The notes below the pieces were generated by a model. It did no database searches. It saw nothing but the letters and a program-made list of their open reading frames with translations, and was not told the DNA's origin. Below are positions 12,368 through 22,747 of a stretch of 64,000 bases of DNA, in pieces (position 1 is the stretch's first letter; each line of letters begins with the position of its first letter). This DNA comes from Macrostomum lignano (Eukaryota), in the NCBI GenBank assembly GCA_002269645.1, contig NIVC01000649.1:1-64000 (forward strand). The letters run 5' to 3'. The translations under genes were made by a program, and so were the position numbers.

Positions 12368-13911
12368 TCACCCAAAGCTTTCCCATTGTTTAGAGCCAGT
12401 AGCAGCAGTTTCAGCTGCCGATGTTGCAACAAAACCATTCGATTGAGTATCTATCATTGATAGCGGACCGAATGGATCGGCGGAGGCGGCTGCTGCCCCA
12501 GTTGTTCGTTCGGAATTGCGCATTGGCAGCGGCGGTGGTAGATCGAACAGGTCGATTAAATCTTTAGCCGCTGCAGGAGTCTCCGATGCTGTTTCTGCTT
12601 TTGCTGCTGCTGTTGCTGCTTTTGCTGAAGCAGCAGCTTGCGGCTGCGGATTCGACAAGACCTGCATTGGCTGGAAGGGACTGATTTCAATATTCTGAGT
12701 AGATCTAATCTCGGCCCGGCAGAACGGGCAACTGCTAGTTTTGTCGTGCCGGTTCAACTTCTGCGACCAGTCTTTAAAACACGCCCGGCAGAGCAGATGA
12801 CCGCACGGCTCTAATTTAAGATCTTTATTATTCTCGGAGCAGATTTTGCACAGCTCAAAACTGGAATCCATGTTTGAATAGATTTCGAATTCTTCAGCTG
12901 ACACGGCAATTTGCTCTTTAGCTCGGCAGGATAAGAGGAATTGCAGATCTGGCGCCGCGCTGGGATCCATGCCCCTCGGATACAGATAGAGCCTCTGCTC
13001 GGCGCCTTCAACTAAAGCTTCAACGATAGATTTTCCATCTCTAATAACAGTCTGATTAACTTTGCGACTGTTACTAACAAAACCAATTGACCAGAAGCCT
13101 AGCTTAGTGCAAGATCGGCGGAACACAAAACTAGCCGGCTTATCGCAGAGCTCTTCTAGGCATTTCTTCACCTCCTCGTAGGTCATGTTGACGTAACCCG
13201 GATGCTTAACGGCTAGCATCTTCCAGGTATTGAGTATGTTAGACCAAGGCATGAAGAGGCGGGTAAATACGTCAAATTCAAACTTGGACACATAATCATT
13301 CAGTGTAATATCAATGTCGCGCTTCAGACTCTGCGCTTCTCAAAGCTGCTGATGCAATGCTCTGAGCCAAATCTGAACTGGAATTCGTGCCATGGCACCA
13401 GGACTCGATTGCCGAAATTCCTCGACCACCAGTCCGACGCGTCCTGCTTAGTGACACGGAAATGCTCGCTAAACTCGTTGCTAGGAAAGAATACTTTGAA
13501 GTCTTTAAACAGATAGGATAGCGTCATTGACATGCGGATGAGGGTTACCCTCGGCTTGCTATTGCTGTTGTACATCTCTGCCTTATTATGTCGGCACAAC
13601 ACTTTCAACTCGCGAACTTTAGCGTCCAGGCTTTCAAGAAATATGCGAAAATACTCGTTATAACTGAGCTCAGACTGTCGATCAGTTGATTCGTAGTGCG
13701 ACCACACCTGGCGCAGTTTAGTAGCAATCTCTGGCAGTGTCTCCAAAATAAATGGCTGGTAGACTTCAAGACCAACGCTGCCTAGAAACCGAATCACCTT
13801 GGAGATGCGCTTATAGATACCGTCAAGGTGCTTACCCTCCAACGGTCTGGACCGGTCGCATACGTCATCTTTGCGTAAGGAAGGAAACTTCAGCTTGGCG
13901 TTTGACGCCAT
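12368..13911 (-). CDS. CBL: Intronless Cbl-family E3 ubiquitin ligase (TKB domain: 4H/EF/SH2, linker, RING, short Pro motif), about 514 aa, with a 1-bp frameshift near 13338
   Basis: Motifs KFEFDVFTRLFMPW, FRRSCTKLGFWSIGFV and EEFEIYSNMDSSFELCKIC..PCGHLLC..C..W..CPFCR match Cbl. The two track ORFs (13324-13959 and 12368-13291) join if one base is restored in TTT GAG AA GCG CAG, giving A-Q-S-L-K-R-D-I-D-I-T-L-N-D-Y-V-S-K-F-E-F. Confidence 0.9.
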
Positions 13912-14300
13912 TGTTTGAAACAAAAAAATTATATACTCTTTTTTAAGATTGCACCTCAATCGATCTTCTTTAACAAGCGAAGAAATTTAAACCAGATGAA
14001 TGCTGGAATAGTTTATACATAAAAAATAATATTAAAGATCTATAAACAGGCAACGCGGCATTGATGTCGCTAACACAGCTGCCAGCTTATATATTATAAG
14101 TATATAGTATGGCAAAAGCTACAAGTTTTGCAGTCGCTATAGAGAAACAGAGAGAGAGAGACTGCAACCCCCAAGGACAGAAAATTGTTTCGCTTGTTGT
14201 GCGCAAGGCTTCTGAGCGTTCAGGAAAGTTAATACAGAATGGAGAGTAGGACAAAACAGACGGAGAGAGAGAGAGAGAGAGAGAGCGAGAGCTATTTGGT

Positions 14301-14308
14301 ACTTCCGG
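14301..14308. promoter_or_regulatory. ETS-type motif (ACTTCCGG) in the probable Cbl promoter
   Basis: Exact CCGGAAGT consensus between GA microsatellites about 400 bp upstream of the Cbl ATG. Confidence 0.35.
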
Positions 14309-14625
14309 TGCTAGCAAACAGGCGCTGGTGCTGCCGCTGTACATTCATTGATAAAACTTGACTCGAGCCAATGCAGAGAGAGAGAGACAGAGCAGGGAAA
14401 CACCAAGAGAAACGGAATGTGGCAGTTTTAATGCCGAAACTTTTTCCGATTTCAGAAGCTAATGGCAATTTAATACTTCAGCCTAGCTAAATATGGACAA
14501 TGTGACTGATACAATAATTTATAGATATTACGTACGAAATTAGATCAAAAAGTTTATAAATACGTCAAAAGGACCTTAGTGACTATATTAGATACTAAAT
14601 CTTGTTCATGTGAATTTATAGGCAT

Positions 14626-15720
14626 GTGTCAGTGAGGATGTCATGTGAGTCAGTGAGACTGTCATGTGATTCAGTAAGGTTGTCATGAGAGTCAGTGAGG
14701 GTGTCACGTAAGTCAGTGAGACTGTCATGTGATTCAGTAAGGCTATCATGAGAGTCAGTGAGACTGTCATGTGAGTCAGTGAGACAGTCATGTGAGTCAG
14801 TGAGGATGTCATGTGAGTCAGTGAGACAGTCATGTGAGTCAGTGAGGATGTCATGCGAGTCAGTGAGGCTGTCATGTGAGTCAGTGAGGATGTCATGAGA
14901 GTCAGTGAGGCTGTCACGTGATTCAGTGAGGCTGTCATGTGAGTCAGTGAGGGTGTCATGTGAATCGATGAGGATGTCATACGAATCAGTAAGGCTGTCA
15001 CGTGAGTCAGTGAGGCTGTCATGTGAGTCAGTGAGGATGTCATGAGAGTCAGTGAGGCTGTCACGTGATTCAGTGAGGCTGTAATGTGAGTCAGTGAGGG
15101 TGTCATGTGAATCGGTGAGGATGTCATACGAGTCAGTGAGGCTGTCACGTGAGTCAGTGAGGCTGTCATGTGAGTCAGTGAGGATGTCATGAGAGTCAGT
15201 GAGGCTGTCACGTGATTCAGTGAGGCTGTCATGTGAGTCAGTGAGGATGTCATGTGAGTCAGTGAGGGTGTCATGTGAATCGGTGAGACTGTCATGAGAG
15301 TCAGTGAGGGTGTCATGAGAGTCAGTGAGGCAGTCATGAGAGTCAATGAGACTGTCATGTGAGTCAGTGAGGCTGTCATGTGAGTCAGTGAGGGTGTCAT
15401 GTGAATCGGTGAGGATGTCCTACGAATCAGTGAGGCTGTCACGTGAGTCAGTGAGGCTGTCATGTGAGTCAGTGAGGATGTCATGAGAGTCAGTGAGGCT
15501 GTCACGTGATTCAGTGAGGATGTCATGTGAGTCAGTGAGGGTGTCATGTGAGTCAGTGAGGATGTCATGTGAGTCAGTGAGGATGTCATGTGAGTCAGTG
15601 AGGATGTCATGTGAGTCAGTGAGGATGTCATGCGAGTCAGTGAGGATGTCATGAGAGTCAGTGAGGATGTCATGTGAGTCAGTGAGGATGTCATGAGAGT
15701 CAGTGAGGATGTCATGTGAT
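14626..15720. repeat. 21-bp minisatellite (GTCATGTGAGTCAGTGAGGAT), about 50 copies
   Basis: Direct inspection. It explains the 369-aa MTSSLTH ORF. Confidence 0.97.
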
Positions 15721-16194
15721 TCGTGAGTTTACATGAGTGGATGGAAACGGTGTTCTATTATTAAAAGCTGACAGTCTGGTCCTAGCAATAACTAATATTT
15801 ACCGAAAAACTGGTCATCTAAGATAAAAAGAATAATAGAAAGAAATAAAAAACGAATAAGTCTGTAAAGAATAAACTAGCCTCTAGAATTTACGTACGAA
15901 CGCCTGAACAAGTTTTTATTAATTGACAATTGCAACCAAGTACATCTCTCTACATTGTTGATGCTAATAAAGTTTTCTGTACACGCAGTTGTCACCGCAT
16001 TTACATCATTGCTATATGAGCATACTTATTTTATAGTCACAAAATTTACAATTAGGCCGCACAATAAAGCTGAGACTGTCTTTAAAAGATAAGAAGTGGG
16101 TTTAGAGAATGCAGTGAATTTGTTCACACAAGAAAGCTATTGAATTTAACTAGGTATATACAATGATTTTTATTTAGCATACAGGATTTTGGGT

Positions 16195-18830
16195 TGCCGG
16201 GTGAGACAGAAGTGGGAGATGCCAGGAGAGACAGAAGTGGGAGATGCCAGGAGAAACAGAAGTGGGAGATGCCAGGTGAGACAGAAGTGGGAGATGCCAG
16301 GTGAGAGTGAGGCAGAAGTGGTAGATGCCAGGTGAGACAGAAGTGGGAGATGCCAGGTGAGACAGAAGTGGGAGATGCCAGATGAGACAGAAGTGGGAGA
16401 TGCCAGGTGAGACAGAAGTGGGAGATGCCAGATGAGACAGAAGTGGGAGATGCCAGGTGAGACAGAAGTGGGAGATGCCAGGTGAGACAGAAGTGGGAGA
16501 TGCCAGATGAGACAGAAGTGGGAGATGCCAGGTGAGACAGAAGTGGGAGATGCCAGGTGAGACAGAAGTGGGAGATGCCAGGTGAGAGTGAGGCAGAAGT
16601 GGGAGATGCCAGGTGAGACAGAAGTGGGAGATGCCAGGTGAGACAGAAGTGGGAGATGCCAGGTGAGACAGAAGTGGGAGATGCCAGGTGAGAGTGAGAC
16701 AGAAGTGGGAGATGCCAGGTGAGAGTGAGGCAGAAGTGGGAGATGCCAGATGAGACAGAAGTGGGAGATGCCAGATGAGACAGAAGTGGGAGATGCCAGG
16801 TGAGACAAAAGTGGGAGATGCCAGGTGAGACAGAAGTGGGAGATGCCAGGTGAGAGTGAGGCAGAAGTGGTAGATGCCAGGTGAGACAGAAGTGGGAGAT
16901 GCCAGGTGAGACAGAAGTGGGAGATGCCAGATGAGACAGAAGTGGGAGATGCCAGGTGAGACAGAAGTGGGAGATGCCAGGTGAGACAGAAGTGGGAGAT
17001 GCCAGATGAGACAGAAGTGGGAGATGCCAGGTGAGACAGAAGTGGGAGATGCCAGGTGAGAGTGAGGCAGAAGTGGGAGATGCCAGGTGAGACAGAAGTG
17101 GGAGATGCCAGATGAGACAGAAGTGGGAGATGCCAGGTGAGACAGAAGTGGGAGATGCCAGGTGAGACAGAAGTGGGAGATGCCAGGTGAGAGTGAGACA
17201 GAAGTGGGAGATGCCAGGTGAGAGTGAGGCAGAAGTGGGAGATGCCAGATGAGACAGAAGTGGGAGATGCCAGATGAGACAGAAGTGGGAGATGCCAGGT
17301 GAGACAAAAGTGGGAGATGCCAGATGAGACAGAAGTGGGAGATGCCAGGTGAGACAGAAGTGGGAGATGCCAGATGAGACAGAAGTGGGAGATGCCAGGT
17401 GAGACAGAAGTGGGAGATGCCAGGTGAGACAGAAGTGGGAGATGCCAGGTGAGACAGAAGTATGAGATGCCAGGTGAGAGTGAGACAGAAGTGGGAGATG
17501 CCAGGTGAGAGTGAGGCAGAAGTGGGAGATGCCAGATGAGACAGAAGTGGGAGATGCCAGATGAGACAGAAGTGGGAGATGCCAGATGAGACAGAAGTGG
17601 GAGATGCCAGGTGAGACAAAAGTGGGAGATGCCAGATGAGACAGAAGTGGGAGATGCCAGGTGAGACAGAAGTGGGAGATGCCAGATGAGACAGAAGTGG
17701 GAGATGCCAGGTGAGACAGAAGTGGGAGATGCCAGGTGAGAGTGAGACAGAAGTGGGAGATGCCAGGTGAGAGTGAGGCAGAAGTGGGAGATGCCAGATG
17801 AGACAGAAGTGGGAGATGCCAGATGAGACAGAAGTGGGAGATGCCAGGTGAGACAAAAGTGGGAGATGCCAGGTGAGACAGAAGTGGGAGATGCCAGGTG
17901 AGAGTGAGGCAGAAGTGGTAGATGCCAGGTGAGACAGAAGTGGGAGATGCCAGGTGAGACAGAAGTGGGAGATGCCAGATGAGACAGAAGTGGGAGATGC
18001 CAGGTGAGACAGAAGTGGGAGATGCCAGGTGAGACAGAAGTGGGAGATGCCAGATGAGACAGAAGTGGGAGATGCCAGGTGAGACAGAAGTGGGAGATGC
18101 CAGGTGAGAGTGAGGCAGAAGTGGGAGATGCCAGGTGAGACAGAAGTGGGAGATGCCAGATGAGACAGAAGTGGGAGATGCCAGGTGAGACAGAAGTGGG
18201 AGATGCCAGGTGAGACAGAAGTGGGAGATGCCAGGTGAGAGTGAGACAGAAGTGGGAGATGCCAGGTGAGAGTGAGGCAGAAGTGGGAGATGCCAGATGA
18301 GACAGAAGTGGGAGATGCCAGATGAGACAGAAGTGGGAGATGCCAGGTGAGACAAAAGTGGGAGATGCCAGATGAGACAGAAGTGGGAGATGCCAGGTGA
18401 GACAGAAGTGGGAGATGCCAGATGAGACAGAAGTGGGAGATGCCAGGTGAGACAGAAGTGGGAGATGCCAGGTGAGACAGAAGTGGGAGATGCCAGGTGA
18501 GACAGAAGTATGAGATGCCAGGTGAGAGTGAGACAGAAGTGGGAGATGCCAGGTGAGAGTGAGGCAGAAGTGGGAGATGCCAGATGAGACAGAAGTGGGA
18601 GATGCCAGATGAGACAGAAGTGGGAGATGCCAGATGAGACAGAAGTGGGAGATGCCAGGTGAGACAAAAGTGGGAGATGCCAGATGAGACAGAAGTGGGA
18701 GATGCCAGGTGAGACAGAAGTGGGAGATGCCAGATGAGACAGAAGTGGGAGATGCCAGGTGAGACAGAAGTGGGAGATGCCAGGTGAGACAAAAGTGGGA
18801 GATGCCAGGTGAGACAAAAGTGGGAGACCC
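16195..18830. repeat. 23-bp minisatellite (CCAGGTGAGACAGAAGTGGGAGATG core), about 110 copies, with higher-order duplication
   Basis: Direct inspection. Rare variants recur 1048 bp apart: TATGAG at 17461/18509 and GTGGTAG at 16871/17919. Confidence 0.98.
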
Positions 18831-18842
18831 CATATATAAAAA

Positions 18843-19250
18843 TCATTTTGCATTGGCAGCTTCATTAGCACCACTAGCTACAAAATCAGTATTAGAGCTA
18901 CTCTGTAACTCATTTCGCCATTTGTCAAAAGCAGCTTGAGCCTGGCACAACAACTGCACAGGATCTTGTTGAGCCTTTAATTTAGCAGCCTGATCAACTA
19001 ATTTGTAACGCTCCGCATCTGTCAAATGAGAGAATTTGCACAGTTGGCCAAATTGACACTGTCCAGTGTTGAAATAATTCCTGCATGGCTTTTTGCCCGA
19101 ATCAGTCAATAGGATTTCATCCGGCTGTCTAAATTTGGCATAGTGATTGGCTTTTAGCTTGGCATGGCCTGCACTACACAGATGGCTTTTACGCTGCGAA
19201 GCATTATTAGCCAAATGCTTATCGCAGTAGTCACAATAGTAGCGCTTGCC
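18843..19250 (-). CDS. ZMAT5: Zinc finger matrin-type 5 (U11/U12 snRNP 20K) ortholog; Met1 is not in this exon
   Basis: TTTCAG|GGC AAG CGC TAC TAT TGT GAC TAC TGC GAT encodes (M)GKRYYCDYCD, followed by the matrin C2H2 finger (SHLCSAGH) and the CCCH finger (CRNYFNTGQCQFGQLCKFSH). Domain order and N-terminus match ZMAT5. Confidence 0.85.
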   Translation of the reverse strand, partial: GKRYYCDYCDKHLANNASQRKSHLCSAGHAKLKANHYAKFRQPDEILLTDSGKKPCRNYFNTGQCQFGQLCKFSHLTDAERYKLVDQAAKLKAQQDPVQLLCQAQAAFDKWRNELQSSSNTDFVASGANEAANAK

Positions 19251-22200
19251 CTGAAAGTGTGTGCAAATGTTTATTTAATAAAATAAAATTTCAAAAAGCT
19301 GCTGTGTAGTTCCTAGTGTTGCTGAGCATATCGTCAAGAGTATATATTATGATATCACAGAATTTGATAAAATTTATGTCAACATATAAGACTTTTGACT
19401 GTTTTGTTCAATATAAATAATAAAGTTTTGGTGACTTTGATCTTTTGTTAATTTTGTATCAAATAATTAGTTCTACTATAGCTATGGATATGTTTATAAG
19501 GAAGTTATAAATAGTTATAAATGAAATAGTTAAATTTTAAGTTATAGTTAAAATTGAAAGTTATAAACTTTTTAATATGAGTTTAATTTTATTCCCTTTT
19601 CTAGAGACCTGGGCAGATTTATTTAGGCTAGATTATTGTTTGCACTTTTGTCCAATAGTCAAAATTTGATATTTGATGGCAAGGCTTGCCATTAGTTTAA
19701 ATTTATTTTAAAGAATTTCTTTTAGGAATCTAGGCCTAATAAATATTAATAAATATTAACTTATTTAATGTTATATTAAATATAATATAACATTTTACTG
19801 TTATATTATACTGTTTATTACTGTTATTACTGTTTATTACTGTTATATTACTGTTATATTATTTATTATTAACATTAATATAACTAATGTTATATAAATG
19901 TTATAAATTCGTATAAGAAAACCATACGAATTTGATAATTATTCTGTATAATGAACTTAAGATTGGATTTTGGTTGCTAATGTTTGCGTAAGTTTCACGT
20001 TTACTTTATTTTCTAAAGAAGTAAGCAGACTTTTATAGGCCAGACTAAATAATTATTTGTACTTTTGTCAAAGAGTAAACATTTATTTTAGATTGTAAAG
20101 TTATGGATCATATAAGTCACAGAAGTATATCATGTTATGATAGGCCTAGAAATTTATAAGGATTATTATGCTATGACACTAAACTATAAAGACTTATCAT
20201 TTTGTGATAGCAAACTATTATGCTATTATCCAAACTGTTATATAAGCTAGAGGTAGGGCAGGCCAAGGCAGGGGTTGGGTAGCCGTAGATTTAGAAGACC
20301 TAACTTTGTCTTACAATAGATATTATCTTATTTTAATAGATCTTACACTATCTCATTAGATTGTAGGGTTAAGTAGGCTAAGGGTGGGGTGAAGCAGGAA
20401 GGATAAAAGTTAAGGTTTAGGGTTAGGGTTAGAGGGAATTGCTAAGATTGTAAGGCTTATAGGAATATGATTAAAATATCAAGGCTCATAAAAAGGGGAT
20501 AATTTAGATATCAAGGCTTATAGGATAAATAGCTAAGATGTCAAGGCTTATAAAGCAATTGCTTAATAGTTTAATCCAAAAAATTAAAGACTATTCCATT
20601 CTTTGTTGGCTTCCTAATAGGGAGGGACACTGATTGCTACGAGTATTGCTAGTTTATACTAAGAGGATACTATACTAAGCAAACTGAAGTTAGTGAGGTC
20701 TGTTTTTGATAAGAACCTGGCCAAGAAATTGTTATGCTCAGCTTGTGTTTTTGGTATTCTTATGTCTTTTTCCTTTTTGAATTTAATCACTTAATCTATT
20801 CAGTTTAGAATATTATACAGTGTGCCGTGCAGATAAGCAGAAAATTATTCGCACAGTACCATTGGAATAAGACAGAAATTATTCCTACGGTACCGTGGGG
20901 ATAAGCACTGCCTTTGTTTTATTTGCAATTTAGGCCTTATTGCTATTATTATTGTCTATTGTTGGCTTATTGCTAAAATAAAACTAACAAATATTTAATA
21001 AAATGATTGAAAATCCATAGTGGAGAGGACTAAGGAGGCTTACATGTAAGAGATTTTTGAGCAGCACCCTACCCAACTTCACATCCCAACACTATTACTT
21101 TGGCTTTGCTTTAACTAGCAGATGAACAGTTTTATTTTAGAAGAAAAGGCATTCCATCTAGATCTACTCAGCAGACAAACGGTCAGCAGATTAATGAACT
21201 GGAAACCAGGGCTATTTAGTAAAAAAACGATTTATCTGAGAGGCCAAAACATTTTACGGTCGTAGCCCTCTCGCTCTCCTACTTATGCATACGTTTCCAA
21301 CTCTTCCAAACAGCAAATAACAGGCCTATAACTAAAGAAGTTACTAAGTTCGATAGTAAATTAGATTGTTAGCTAACTGCACTAAATCTTGCAATAGTCT
21401 AATGAATAAAAAATTCTGTATTAGTAAGAGAACCAGAGTAGTAGTAAGAGTTCTGGCTCCAGCAAATAGCAGCCTGCTCCGGCTGCTCGCAGCTCGCGGA
21501 CCTTGAACTCAATAAGCAACTTTTTTTAATTCGAAAAGGAAGGTTTACGAGTAATGATAAATGATAAGATTTATCGTCTTAAAACTTATCATTTTTAGAA
21601 AATTTTAGCATACAAGAGGAATAAAAAACAACTTTCTGTAAGGGCCAACTGACGTACATACATGGAACATAATAATTTGCTTTACTGTTTTACCGCGAAA
21701 ATGTAATTGTTTGATAATTTATTTTCTGTGAAACCGTCACATGGGCGTCGCCACACATCGTTCGTTTAAGTTAAATTGCAATTGCAATGAGGAGTCTTTA
21801 ACTTAGCAGTACAGTAGAGCTATGATTAACTATCAAGCTCTTTGGCCCATTATACATTGAATGGGCATGCCATTGAATGTAACGTTTCAAGATTTTATGG
21901 TGAATATCTTTCAAGTCTACCATAATTCTACTGTTCTATCGCATTCTTGAATTTGCTGTGCTTCTTTCATTAGGCCTACTTTTTTATTCTTGGTATTTTA
22001 TTTATTATGTACCAGTAGTAGTATATCTAATTGGATATATAATATACTAAAATATAATAAATTAAAAGTCAAGGACTTAGGAACAGAAAAGAAGCAGACT
22101 TAATCAACATCAATTTTGTGTTATAATTTTCAATAAGCTCAGAATATTATAAAACATATAGATATACACACTTATCATTTCATGCACTTCCTGTGCAGTT

Positions 22201-22747
22201 GGCAGATGCTGGTGCCTTAACAGATTCTGCCAGCATAGTGACCTATATTTGTACGCAACACCCAAGGTAGGCTTTGTGACACTATGTCTATTTAGGCTAG
22301 ACCATATCTACGCATTGCATTGTCATTATTTTTGTAGGAACTTTGAGACAAAGAGATACACTCATATAAGTGTTTAGAGCTAAGCAATATAATTTCATAA
22401 ATATTAGAAAGCAAATTGTATATTTTACTATATTGGATATCAGATAAACTCATTGACTTTCTACATATTGGCTGTGCCACTAGTTAAAATATACAATATT
22501 ATATTTATAATAATTTAGAACTTTTTTAATCTTTTAAAATGTTTTAAATTAAAAACTACAATTACTAAAATGAAATAACAAACAAAACTATATATACATG
22601 TAATATTAACTGCCTTCTTTCTATATAGTGTATTTTAAAGAAAAGAAACTTGCTAAAATCCTATTATTTTATTTAATCAAAATTTTTCTTTTTTTCTTAT
22701 TTAATCTTTATTTTTTTCAGCCTATTATATAAGCTGCAGTTTGTACA

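Noticed and set aside
14606-15715. 369-aa Thr/Ser mucin-like ORF
   Set aside because: It coincides exactly with the 21-bp array, and there is no signal peptide or unique coding flank.
16124-18874. Three ORFs of about 900 aa in all minus-strand frames
   Set aside because: They are translations of a stop-free 23-bp tandem repeat, with identical periodic peptides in each frame.
18820-18875. Alternative-frame LPMQNDFYIWG resembling the ZMAT5 terminal WG
   Set aside because: It lacks the PPSL motif, the frame has a stop just upstream and no stop downstream, and it would need an insertion error; probably coincidental.
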